Assembly: GCA_022511505.1 (NCBI GenBank)
Contig: JAFLTK010000343.1
Span: 1 to 59,255 of the forward strand
Source: Muribaculaceae bacterium
Lineage (GTDB): Bacteria > Bacteroidota > Bacteroidia > Bacteroidales > Muribaculaceae
Direction: 5' to 3'
Length of the DNA: 59,255 nucleotides
Shown: positions 1 through 8,438 of the stretch, piece by piece
Position numbering within the stretch: position 1 is the first letter of the stretch
Layout of the letters: the number at the start of each line of letters is the position of its first letter
Program-made: the position numbers and the translations under genes
Notes under the pieces: model-generated
What the model saw: only the letters and a program-made list of their open reading frames with translations
What the model was told of the DNA's origin: nothing
Databases searched by the model: none

Positions 1-2854
1 ACTCAGAGGGGAGAGTAACGGTGTTCTGAGCGCCGTTAGAAGTCTTGATAGAGATGTACTGCTCGCCATTAACGGTCATGCGGTCGCTTGACTCGAGGTT
101 CTTTTCGAGGTTCATGCACTGCATTGACCAGCCTTCGGGAGCGCCAAGGTCTTCACCCTCGAGGATGTTCTTCTTAGCCTTGTTGGGGTTGTGGAGGAGC
201 TGAGTGAATGTTTCTTCAGCAACTTCTTCCTCGGTAGTGAACGAGTCATACATGACGTTAGAGCGGAGGATGATGTTGCCTTCGGCGTCCTCGAGCTGAC
301 CAACAACCATGATGTCGTAGGCGGTAGCGGGAGCAAGACCGGCGAGGGCTACAGTAGCCTCGAGGTACTTGGCGTCGTTGCTAACCTCAACCTTGAAGTC
401 CTTGCGGTTAACGCTTTCGGTTACGATTACGTATGCCTTAGAGTCGGCGGGAGCGTTCTCGAAGCTGTAAACAGCGTAAACGTTGGCAGTAGTAGAGGTA
501 ACTTCGTCAACAACTACATAGTCGATAGAAGCGACGGGCGAGAGGTCTTCGGCAGTTGTGAACTGACCGTAAACGAGGTCTGAGCGAGTGATGATGTTAC
601 CCTCTGCATCCTGGAGCTCGGCAACAACATAGAAGGGATATTCAGTAGCGGGCTTGAGGCCGTCCATAGTGATGGCTGCTTCAAAACCGAAACCGAAGGG
701 GTTAGCCTCAACGCGATATTCATTGCGGTCGATGCCGTCAACGGCGATAACGTAAGCCTTAGAGTCGGCGGGAGCGTTCTCGAAACCGTAAGAAACATAT
801 ACGTTGGCCGAAGTAGAAGTGATTTCGTCTTCGTCAACCATTACATAGAGAACCTTTGCAGAAGCAGTTGCGGGAGTAAAGGTCTTGAAGTCAACTTCCT
901 TAACGTCAGACTTAACGTTGCCCGAGGCAGCGTAAATCTTGACAGTGTATTCAGTGTCAAATTGCAGACCGCCAAGGTCGAAGCTGTACTGACCGTGGTT
1001 TTCTTCAACGGCTTTAAAGTCGTCATCCAGCGGACCCTGGTAGTAAACGGTAACAACAGCGTCTTCGGCAAGACCTTCGGTGGTTACGGGAACCTGGAAG
1101 TTAACCATTGCGCCGATGCTTTCCTCGGTAGCGGGATAAGCGTTTACAACGACATCACCGATAGTGATGGTGGGCTGGGTAGCGGTAGCCTCGAGGCCGG
1201 GGATAGCAAAGTCAAGAGTAATCTCGGTGTTGTAGTAAGCAGTGTTAAAGAAGAAACCAAAGCCTTCAAATTCGTTGCCTTCACCCCAAGCGTCAACAGT
1301 TACAAAGCTCTTGTCGTCGCCATAGTTGACAACCTTACCGTTAACGGTAGTAGTCTGGGTAGCAACATCGCTGAAGTAGTAGGTCAGACCATCATCTTCG
1401 TTTGCAATCTGATCCTTAGCGGTGAGGGCACCGGTGGTCAGGTCAACGTCAAATGTGATAGCGTTGTTACCGTCGCCGAAGGGAGTGATGGTCAGTTTGC
1501 CATCGGCGTAGGTAGCGGCAACTTCAATAGTTTCGGGGTCGAGAAGTTCGGGTTCTTCAAGCATACCCTGATTCATGTCAAGCTGAGAGGTCATCTCGCC
1601 CTTGCCTTCAATGCCTTCGCCCTTGCCAAAGCCTTCGGGGAAGATAATGAGAGCCTGGTAGGGGTTGTTGTTCCAAGAGTAACCCTCATCCTGGGCGGGT
1701 GAGAAGTCAAACATCGGCTCGTTGATGGTTACAACGCCGTCTTTGTAGGTATCGGCGGGTTCGCCACCATAAAGAACGTCGATAACAGTCTGCTTGGCAG
1801 TTTCGCCACCACCGAGGTAGTTGATGTACCAACCGAGTTCATTTGTCATGTAGAACTCACCGTTGCTGTTCTTGAAACCTGCGGGAAGACCGCAAGCAAC
1901 AACCTCAACGTGGTCGGGGTCAGAGATATTAAACTGAATCTGACCGGCGAAAGTTGAAGTATTGAGGCCTTCGAGAGTAAGTTCATTGTTGGCGTAGGGC
2001 TTCCAGAGGCGGAAGAGGTCCTTGTTCTCTACATTCTGCTGGAGTTCAACCTCATAGATGAAATCGTTGGGGTTAATCTGAACGCCACCCATTGAGTAAC
2101 TGGGGAGAACCCATGCGTCAACAAACTTGGCCATACCGACAGATTCCCACTGGCCGGCCTGCTCCTCGTCGATGGGCTCAACTTCGCCACCACCGCTTGA
2201 GGTAGTCTTGGTAGCGCCTTCGAGGTCATAGATACCGAAGTAACCAGCAGGAGTGCTTGCCAAAGGTGAAGAATAAGCGGGCCAAGAGATACCGTTGTCT
2301 GACTCGAAAAGGAGGATACCACCATTGTAGTCATAATATTCAGCAACGATAGGCTGAACATCGAGGTCGTTGGTGGTGTAGTTGTAGACAAACGGCTCCT
2401 GGAATACGTAGTAACCGTTGAGAGTACCGAGGCTCTTTCTTTGGAAAGTAATAGTACCGGCGGCGGCGTCAAAAGTACCTACGAAAGGCAATTCATAACC
2501 GGTGGGGTCTTCAAACCACACGTCGTTGCCATCCAGTGAAGCCTCAAATTCATAACTGAAAGGACCAACAGAGGTCTGGAAGTAGTAGTCACCGAGGTCA
2601 AAGAGCCAGGTACCTTCGATACCGGCTGCATCGGCTGCTTTCTTCTGGGCGCGGAGAACGGTCTTACCGGCGAGGGAAGACTCAACGTTCTTCTTTGATT
2701 TCACGCCTTTGGGTGCAAGTGTGGCATTTGCAAGAGCCTCTTTCTTAACAGGCTGCAAAGCGCGCACCTGCTTTGCGCTCTCAAGATTGAGAGTAACGGC
2801 CGAAGCAGAAATAGCTACAACCGCCGCAACAAGCAAAGTGTAAAACTTTTTCAT
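1..2854 (-). CDS. secreted cell-surface protein of unknown function with tandem ~108-aa Ig/FN3-like modules; 3' end lies beyond the window edge
   Basis: Missing from the ORF track because no stop codon lies inside the window. Hand translation from the ATG at 2854-2852 gives MKKFYTLLVAAVVAISASAVTL, a signal peptide. The same frame is still open at positions 61-2 (...QYISIKTSNGAQNTVTLPSE). All track ORFs in this region are short and in other frames. Two adjacent modules share ...VDE.TST(S/T)ANVY..Y.FENAPADSKAYVI...L.PAT.Y...V..L.DAEGNII.RS...Y..FTT.E. Confidence 0.7.
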   Translation of the reverse strand, partial: MKKFYTLLVAAVVAISASAVTLNLESAKQVRALQPVKKEALANATLAPKGVKSKKNVESSLAGKTVLRAQKKAADAAGIEGTWLFDLGDYYFQTSVGPFSYEFEASLDGNDVWFEDPTGYELPFVGTFDAAAGTITFQRKSLGTLNGYYVFQEPFVYNYTTNDLDVQPIVAEYYDYNGGILLFESDNGISWPAYSSPLASTPAGYFGIYDLEGATKTTSSGGGEVEPIDEEQAGQWESVGMAKFVDAWVLPSYSMGGVQINPNDFIYEVELQQNVENKDLFRLWKPYANNELTLEGLNTSTFAGQIQFNISDPDHVEVVACGLPAGFKNSNGEFYMTNELGWYINYLGGGETAKQTVIDVLYGGEPADTYKDGVVTINEPMFDFSPAQDEGYSWNNNPYQALIIFPEGFGKGEGIEGKGEMTSQLDMNQGMLEEPELLDPETIEVAATYADGKLTITPFGDGNNAITFDVDLTTGALTAKDQIANEDDGLTYYFSDVATQTTTVNGKVVNYGDDKSFVTVDAWGEGNEFEGFGFFFNTAYYNTEITLDFAIPGLEATATQPTITIGDVVVNAYPATEESIGAMVNFQVPVTTEGLAEDAVVTVYYQGPLDDDFKAVEENHGQYSFDLGGLQFDTEYTVKIYAASGNVKSDVKEVDFKTFTPATASAKVLYVMVDEDEITSTSANVYVSYGFENAPADSKAYVIAVDGIDRNEYRVEANPFGFGFEAAITMDGLKPATEYPFYVVAELQDAEGNIITRSDLVYGQFTTAEDLSPVASIDYVVVDEVTSTTANVYAVYSFENAPADSKAYVIVTESVNRKDFKVEVSNDAKYLEATVALAGLAPATAYDIMVVGQLEDAEGNIILRSNVMYDSFTTEEEVAEETFTQLLHNPNKAKKNILEGEDLGAPEGWSMQCMNLEKNLESSDRMTVNGEQYISIKTSNGAQNTVTLPSE
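200..860 (-). repeat. tandem in-frame duplication (period about 324 nt) inside the surface-protein gene
   Basis: cttagagtcggcgggagcgttctcgaa occurs at 437-463 and again at 760-786. The surrounding sequence is alignable and encodes two ~108-aa modules. Boundaries are approximate. Confidence 0.7.
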
Positions 2855-2950
2855 AATAAATAAATGATTGATTTAAAAATGCTTGCGTCTCGCGAGGAGA
2901 ACAATCAAGCGGGTTTATAATAAAGAAAATATTGGCAAGGAAACTTGGAG

Positions 2951-3049
2951 GGTGATGTTATTGATGTTGTTGTTGATGTTTTTGATGATGTTGTTGATGT
3001 TGATGCTCAATAACGACAATAACAACAGTAACGACATTAACAACAATAT
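2951..3049. repeat. GT-rich/AC-rich degenerate hairpin element (family 1, copy 1)
   Basis: Left arm ggtgatgttattgatgttgttgttgatg...gttgatgttgatgctc, right arm caataacgacaataacaacagtaacgacattaacaacaatat. The centre resembles copies 2 and 3. It lies about 100 nt upstream of the surface-protein start. Confidence 0.7.
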
Positions 3050-3326
3050 ATAGAAATCATCGTCGCTCGCGAGGGGCAACGACCACATAAGTATAGAAGA
3101 TTCTACAGATTTTCATCGGCAAGTAAAACTTAGAAATTGTAGAGGGATTGTAGAAACCGTGTCATTAGACGTTGCAAAATTATAGATTATTTTTATAACT
3201 GCAAAACAATTGTCATCTTTTTGTGATAAAAAAGTGGAAAATTTTATTTTATTGACGCTTTTATATCATTTTTTTAATCAATCGAGCGAAAGATATTGCA
3301 ATTTTCGCTTAATACCGCCGTGACGG

Positions 3327-3354
3327 GAAGGGACGCGACATGTCGCGTCCCTTC
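3327..3354. repeat. 28-bp perfect palindrome gaagggacgcgacatgtcgcgtcccttc
   Basis: Self-complementary over 28 nt by direct reading. It lies 43 nt downstream of the DUF2442-like gene stop, so it may act as a terminator hairpin. A second copy of the core is at 3837-3857. Confidence 0.8.
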
Positions 3355-3396
3355 TACATGACAACCCCGGCGGGGTGATGATGGAACCGGCAATCG

Positions 3397-3645
3397 TTAA
3401 ATTAATTTGCCTGAGTGAAGTTGCTCGAGAGGGAATATCAAGTCCCAATTTTTACCCCACACAATGTTCCCGTTTACTATCTCAAACTTCCTAAAATTCC
3501 TTTGCTCCAGGTACTTATTATATTGTGGGTGGGGATGTCGACGTATAAAGTCGCCAACGTCGATACACTGAGTTGTATTGTCGCTGAATGTGATGCAAAT
3601 CGACAGTTTTCCTATATCTTTTACTTCAGTTACTTGCATGGTCAA
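3397..3645 (-). CDS. small DUF2442-like protein
   Basis: 82-aa ORF. The C-terminal ...NGNIVWGKNWDLIFPLEQL resembles the W-P-x-G-x-D-L-x-P-E-x-L tail of DUF2442 proteins. It is visibly more AT-rich than its flanks. Confidence 0.5.
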   Translation of the reverse strand: MTMQVTEVKDIGKLSICITFSDNTTQCIDVGDFIRRHPHPQYNKYLEQRNFRKFEIVNGNIVWGKNWDLIFPLEQLHSGKLI

Positions 3646-3666
3646 ATCCGCTTTTTAATGATTGCG

Positions 3667-4224
3667 TCAGTCGGGGATGGCGTCGAGGGGGATGAAGATG
3701 TAGCGCAGGGGGGTGGAGGCGGCGTCGCGGCGCAGGTTGAAGCGGTAGCAGCGGCGCGAGAGGGTGACGGATTCGATGTCGGCGGCGGGAATGTGGACGG
3801 GCGCCGGTAGGGGACGTGGGGCGTCGGGTGCCGGTAGGGACGCGACATGTCGCGTCCGCGTGTCGAGGTATTCACCCGGTTTGTTTTTTTCGAGGAGCTG
3901 GAGCTCCTCGTCACGGCAGGGGGTTATGGTCAGGTTGCCGTCGGCGTCGAGGGTGGCGACGCGGGTGAAGGCGAGGATGCGCATGGCCGGATGCAGCATC
4001 ACGTTATAGTAGGCGAGGAGCAGAAGCATGGGGAGAACGACACATGGTATCATCCATGCGACAATAACCAGCCGCAGGTCGACGGCGAGACCGGCAACGA
4101 GCAGCGCAAGCACGGGCAAGCCGATGGCGATGGCATAGCGGGAAAACAATCCCCCGAGCGCCGCCCTTGCATAGACCGACGTCGGGAGATTGAAAGGCTT
4201 GGTTGTGAACGGTTTGTAGGTCAC
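3667..4224 (-). CDS. two-pass membrane protein of unknown function
   Basis: 185-aa ORF starting 6 nt after the DUF1015 stop. It has two hydrophobic helices (AIAIGLPVLALLVAGLAV, VIVAWMIPCVVLPMLLLLAYY). A Pro-rich segment (TRTRHVASLPAPDAPRPLPAP) is encoded by the palindrome-bearing DNA at 3800-3860. Confidence 0.55.
   Translation of the reverse strand: MTYKPFTTKPFNLPTSVYARAALGGLFSRYAIAIGLPVLALLVAGLAVDLRLVIVAWMIPCVVLPMLLLLAYYNVMLHPAMRILAFTRVATLDADGNLTITPCRDEELQLLEKNKPGEYLDTRTRHVASLPAPDAPRPLPAPVHIPAADIESVTLSRRCYRFNLRRDAASTPLRYIFIPLDAIPD
3837..3857. repeat. second copy (21 of 22 nt) of the palindrome core gggacgcgacatgtcgcgtcc, inside a CDS
   Basis: Identical to 3330-3350. It is preceded by a 27-nt-period local duplication: gccggtaggggacg at 3803-3816 and gccggtagggacg at 3830-3842. 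Confidence 0.8.
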
Positions 4225-4230
4225 TGCCTT

Positions 4231-5478
4231 TTAGTCGAGTTTGTGGATGACAAGGCCCGAGCGGAGTTTTGGCTCAAACCATGTTGTCTTTGGAGGCATG
4301 ATGTTGCCGGTGTCGGCAATGTCCATGAGTTGTTTCATCGACACGGGGAAGAGGGCGAGGGCAACAGCCATCTCGCCGCTATCGACACGGCGTTTGAGTT
4401 CGCCCAGGCCGCGGATGCCGCCGACGAAGTCGATGCGCTTGTCGCTGCGCAGGTCGTGGATGCCGAGGATGTCGCGCAAAATGAGGTCGCTCGAGACGGT
4501 CACGTCGAGCACGCCGATGGGGTCAGAGTCGTTGTAGGTGCCTTCGTGGGGCGTCAGCGAGTACCAGCGGCCCTTGAGATACATCGAGAAGTTGTGGAGG
4601 CATGCCGGGACATAGGGCTCGGCGTCGCCCTTGTCAACGATGTCAAAGTTGACGCTGAGACGGTCGAGGAACTCGCCGGGAGTCAAGCCGTTAAGGTCTT
4701 TGACGAGGCGGTTGTAGTCGATGATTTTCAGATGACTTGCCGGGAAGCAGACCGCCAGGAAGTAGTTGTATTCCTCGTCGCCGCGGTGGTCGGGATTGGC
4801 GAGGGCCTTTTCGTTGCCCACGAGGGCAGCGGCGGCCGTTCGGTGGTGGCCGTCGGCGATATAGAGGTAGGGGATGGCGTCAAAGGCGGCGGTGATGCGG
4901 TCGATGGTGGCGGGGTTGTCAATGACCCAGAACGTGTGGCCGAAGCCGTCCGGCGCGACGAAATCATATTCAGGCTCGCCCTTGATGACCTCGGCGATGA
5001 CGTCGTCGAGGGTGGGGTCGTCGGGGAAGGCAAAGAATACCGGCTCGACGTTGGCGTTGTTGACGCGCACGTGTTTCATGCGGTCCTCCTCCTTGTCGCG
5101 GCGGGTCAGCTCGTGTTTCTTGATGCGCCCCTCCATGTAGTCGGCCACGCATGCGGCAACGACGATGCCATACTGGGTGCGACCGTCCATCGTCTGGGCA
5201 TATATATAATAGTGGTCGGCATCGTCCTGCACGAGCCAGCCGCGGTCTTGAAACGAGTTGAAGTTCTCGACGGCGCGGGTATAAACGTCGGGGTGATGCT
5301 CGTCGGTGCCCGGGGCGAAATCAATCTCGGGCTTGATGATGTGGTAGAGCGAACTGGGGTTGCCGTCGGCCTCGGCGCGAGCCTCGTCAGAATTCAGAAC
5401 GTCGTAGGGACGGGAGGCGACGCGGGTGACCATGTCGCGGGGCGGACGAACGCCGCGGAAGGGTTTGACTTTTGCCAT
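4231..5478 (-). CDS. DUF1015 family protein
   Basis: 415 aa. The N-terminus MAKVKPFRGVRP...SRPYDVLNSDEA matches the characteristic DUF1015 start (..PF.a.R....v..PPYDV.s). Confidence 0.8.
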   Translation of the reverse strand: MAKVKPFRGVRPPRDMVTRVASRPYDVLNSDEARAEADGNPSSLYHIIKPEIDFAPGTDEHHPDVYTRAVENFNSFQDRGWLVQDDADHYYIYAQTMDGRTQYGIVVAACVADYMEGRIKKHELTRRDKEEDRMKHVRVNNANVEPVFFAFPDDPTLDDVIAEVIKGEPEYDFVAPDGFGHTFWVIDNPATIDRITAAFDAIPYLYIADGHHRTAAAALVGNEKALANPDHRGDEEYNYFLAVCFPASHLKIIDYNRLVKDLNGLTPGEFLDRLSVNFDIVDKGDAEPYVPACLHNFSMYLKGRWYSLTPHEGTYNDSDPIGVLDVTVSSDLILRDILGIHDLRSDKRIDFVGGIRGLGELKRRVDSGEMAVALALFPVSMKQLMDIADTGNIMPPKTTWFEPKLRSGLVIHKLD

Positions 5479-5510
5479 GGTATTTTTGATTTAAGCCTCG
5501 CATGCTCGGC

Positions 5511-5587
5511 TTAAAGTTTAGAGTTTAGAGTTTAAAGGGGGATTTAGATGGTCCCATAAACTTTAAACCACAAACTTTAAACTTCAA
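5511..5587. repeat. AAAGTTTA/TAAACTTT degenerate hairpin element (family 2)
   Basis: Left arm ttaaagtttagagtttagagtttaaag, right arm ataaactttaaaccacaaactttaaacttcaa. It lies between the purA stop and the DUF1015 start and is followed by aaacttcaactcgag. Confidence 0.6.
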
Positions 5588-5611
5588 CTCGAGCCTGCGA
5601 GAGTTGAATAA

Positions 5612-6904
5612 TTAGCGGTTGCGGAAGATTGTTTGCTCGCGGTCGGGGCCTATGGAGATGATGGTGATGGGCGTGCCGAGTTCGTCCTCGAGGAAGTTGA
5701 TGTAGTCGACGAAGGCCTGAGGGAGGGCATCCTCGGAGCGGATGTCGCTCAGGGTTGTTTTCCAGCCCGGAAGGGTTACATAGACCGGGGAGTAGTTGTC
5801 GTCGTCGAGGTAGAACGGCAGGTGACGGGTTTCGTTGCCATCCTTGTCGCGATAGGCGACACATGCCTTGATGGTGTCAAAGGCGTCGAGGACGTCGCTC
5901 TTCATCATAATCAGGCGGGTGACGCCGTTGATCATGACGGCATACCTAAGGGCAACGAGGTCGATCCACCCGCAACGGCGCTCGCGACCGGTAACGGCGC
6001 CATACTCGTGGCCGAGGTCGCGGATGCGCTTGCCGGTTTCGTCAAAAAGTTCGGTCGGGAACGGGCCGCTGCCAACGCGGGTGCAGTAGGCCTTGAAAAT
6101 GCCATAGACGTCGCCAACCTTGTTTGGCGCAACGCCGAGGCCCGAGCATGCGCCGGCACAGATGGTGTTGGAACTCGTCACGAATGGGTAACTGCCAAAG
6201 TCGACGTCGAGCATCGTGCCCTGGGCGCCTTCACAGAGGATTGACTTGCCGTCGTTCAACAGGTCATTTATAAGATACTCACAGTCAACGATTTTGAATG
6301 TCTTGATATATTCGATGGCTTGCATCCACTTCTGCTCGGCGGCGGCGAGAGCGTCGGCATCGACGTCGGCGCCAAGGGCGCGCAGGGTGTCGAGGTGACG
6401 GTCACGGGCGGCGGCAAAGCGGTCGGCAAACTCGGGGGTCAACGCGTCGCCGAGTCTGAGGCCGTGGCGGCTGATTTTGTCAGTGTAGGTGGGGCCGATG
6501 CCCTTGCCGGTGGTGCCGATTTTGCCGGCGGCCATCGCTTTCTCTGACGCGGCGTCGAGCAGACGGTGGGTCGGCAGGATGAGGTGGGCCTTGCGCGAGA
6601 TGCGCAGGATGCCGCGCAGGTCGACGCCGCTCTCCTCGAGCGATTTGGCCTCCTCGGTGAAGAGGACCGGGTCGAGCACAACGCCGTTACCGATTATATT
6701 TATCTGGCCATGCTGAAAGATGCCGCTCGGGATGGAGCGGAGCACATATTTTTTACCGTCAAACTCAAGAGTGTGACCCGCGTTGGGACCTCCCTGAAAA
6801 CGCGCAACGGCGTCATAGCGGGGGGTCAACACGTCAACAACTTTACCTTTGCCCTCGTCGCCCCACTGGAGGCCGAGGAGAACGTCAACTTTCATTTTGC
6901 TCAC
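5612..6904 (-). CDS. purA: adenylosuccinate synthase
   Basis: 430 aa. N-terminal VLLGLQWGDEGKGKVVD...FQGGPNAGHT is the PurA P-loop signature. Confidence 0.95.
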   Translation of the reverse strand: MSKMKVDVLLGLQWGDEGKGKVVDVLTPRYDAVARFQGGPNAGHTLEFDGKKYVLRSIPSGIFQHGQINIIGNGVVLDPVLFTEEAKSLEESGVDLRGILRISRKAHLILPTHRLLDAASEKAMAAGKIGTTGKGIGPTYTDKISRHGLRLGDALTPEFADRFAAARDRHLDTLRALGADVDADALAAAEQKWMQAIEYIKTFKIVDCEYLINDLLNDGKSILCEGAQGTMLDVDFGSYPFVTSSNTICAGACSGLGVAPNKVGDVYGIFKAYCTRVGSGPFPTELFDETGKRIRDLGHEYGAVTGRERRCGWIDLVALRYAVMINGVTRLIMMKSDVLDAFDTIKACVAYRDKDGNETRHLPFYLDDDNYSPVYVTLPGWKTTLSDIRSEDALPQAFVDYINFLEDELGTPITIISIGPDREQTIFRNR

Positions 6905-6973
6905 TGTTTTAATTTAATCTCGCGAGCGAGATTAAAGTTTATAGTTTAATGTTTTATTGTTTAATCTAAACTC

Positions 6974-7462
6974 TCAACTTTTAGAGGCGGCCTCGCGCTT
7001 GCGACGGCGCTGGCACTTGAGGCAGAGCCCGACGGCGCGCAGGTCAAAATGGGCGATGCCAAACTTTCCATAGCGCCGCCTGACGAGCAACGAGGCGAGT
7101 TCATCGTCACGCACCTCCTTAATCGAGCCGCAGTCGCTACACACCAGCTTGACACGCGGCGGCACTCGCTCGGCGCGCTCATAGACCCCGGTACCCGTCG
7201 CGTCGGTGGCCCAGAGCCTCACAATCCCGGCCTCGACCAGGAGGTTGACCGTGTTGTAGACCGTCGCCAGGCTGACGTGGAAATTGACATGCTCGAGTTC
7301 CTCGTTCAGTTGCTCGACGGTAAAGCGCTCCTCGCGGTAGGCAACAATGTCGGCAATGGCGAGCCGCTCGGAGGTCATCCTCAAACGTCGCTGCCTGAGG
7401 TAGTCGCCAAAGCGTGACGCCAAGTCGCTCGATATGTTGCTGTCGCTATTCACTGACCGCAA
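6974..7462 (-). CDS. Fur family transcriptional regulator
   Basis: 162 aa. It has a winged-helix region (RMTSERLAIADIVAY...VSLATVYNTVNLLVEAGIV) and two C-terminal Cys pairs (CSDCG..., CLKCQ). fur next to purA is a common Bacteroides arrangement. Confidence 0.85.
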   Translation of the reverse strand: MRSVNSDSNISSDLASRFGDYLRQRRLRMTSERLAIADIVAYREERFTVEQLNEELEHVNFHVSLATVYNTVNLLVEAGIVRLWATDATGTGVYERAERVPPRVKLVCSDCGSIKEVRDDELASLLVRRRYGKFGIAHFDLRAVGLCLKCQRRRKREAASKS

Positions 7463-7497
7463 AGATACAACATTCGCGCGTGATTTGCAAAAATCGT

Positions 7498-7662
7498 GCT
7501 GTTATTGTTGTTGATGTTGTTGGTGTTGTTGATGTTGTTGATGTTGATGTTGTTGGTGTTGTTGTTGATGTTGCTGTTGTTGATGATGTTGAGGTCAATA
7601 AAAACAATAACAACACTAAAAACAATAACAACACTAACAACAATAAAAACACTGACAACACC
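7498..7662. repeat. GT-rich/AC-rich degenerate hairpin element (family 1, copy 2)
   Basis: About 95 nt of (GTTGTTGATG)-like units, then gaggtc, then about 68 nt of (CAATAACAACA/CAATAAAAACA)-like units. It fills the gap between the tyrA stop (7665) and the fur start (7462). The 31-nt core at 7585-7615 is identical to 9598-9628. Confidence 0.85.
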
Positions 7663-7664
7663 TA

Positions 7665-8438
7665 CTATCCCAGATTGGCGCGGACGCGGTCGAGGAATTG
7701 CTTCATGGCGGGGTAGTCGCGGCGGGCGATGATGTCGCTCAGGGCGGCAAGGCGCTCGCGGATTTGGTCGAGTTGGGCGGGAGTGTTGGGGTTGAAGAGG
7801 ATTTCGCTGAGCAGGTAGTCGTCTTCGCTCATCAGGCCGCGGGCGATGGCGAGGTGGCGCTTAAAGGTTGTTCCGGGAGCCTCTTGAGGTTTCATCACGC
7901 CGGCAAAGACGAGGGTCGACGCAAAGGGTATCGACAGCGAGTAGGCGATTGTCTCGTCATGCTCAGTGAAACTGTAGCGCGCGATGTGGAGCCCGAGGCG
8001 GTTGTAGAGGTTGGTGAAGAACTCTTGGCCGGAGGCGTCGCCGTCGGTGATTATGATGGCATTCTCGTTGGTCAGGTTGCTTAGAGAAGCAAACGTCGGG
8101 CCAAACATGGGATGGGTCGACACGAAGGGGTGGCCGGCCTCGGCATAGAACTCGGGTAGTCCGGTCTTGACCGAGGCGATATCGCTCAGCATGGCGTCGT
8201 GGCTGAGATGCGGCAGGATTTCACGGAAGGCGTCGAGTGTGTGGCTGACCGTGACGGCGTTGATGACCAACTCGGGGTCAAAATCGTCGACCTCGTCGAG
8301 CGACGAGAAGCGACGGCAATTGAAGGTGTAGAGCAGGCGACGCTTGTCGGTATCGAGCATGGCCACGTCGTGGTCGGTCGACAGCAGGTCACAGAAAAAC
8401 GACCCCATCTTGCCGGCTCCCATTATCAGTATTCTCAT
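7665..8438 (-). CDS. tyrA: prephenate dehydrogenase
   Basis: 257 aa with an N-terminal Rossmann motif (MRILIMGAGKMGS). It is the last gene of the conserved Bacteroides pheA-aminotransferase-DAHPS/CM-tyrA operon and overlaps the upstream gene by 4 nt. Confidence 0.8.
   Translation of the reverse strand: MRILIMGAGKMGSFFCDLLSTDHDVAMLDTDKRRLLYTFNCRRFSSLDEVDDFDPELVINAVTVSHTLDAFREILPHLSHDAMLSDIASVKTGLPEFYAEAGHPFVSTHPMFGPTFASLSNLTNENAIIITDGDASGQEFFTNLYNRLGLHIARYSFTEHDETIAYSLSIPFASTLVFAGVMKPQEAPGTTFKRHLAIARGLMSEDDYLLSEILFNPNTPAQLDQIRERLAALSDIIARRDYPAMKQFLDRVRANLG

Noticed and set aside
3847-5514. 555-aa plus-strand ORF
   Set aside because: It lies antisense to the well-supported DUF1015 gene and the membrane-protein gene. 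The composition is Gly/Ala/Val/Asp/Glu-rich, as expected from the shadow frame of a GC-rich gene, and I see no recognisable motifs.
7414-7732. Leu-, Val- or Thr-rich ORFs across the GT/AC repeat (7414-7716, 7446-7661, 7496-7732) and the N-terminus of 9548-10312
   Set aside because: They are translations of the low-complexity hairpin arms (LLLLMLLVLL, TTSTSTTSTT, NNNTKNNN). They exist in several frames and on both strands simultaneously, so they are repeat artefacts.
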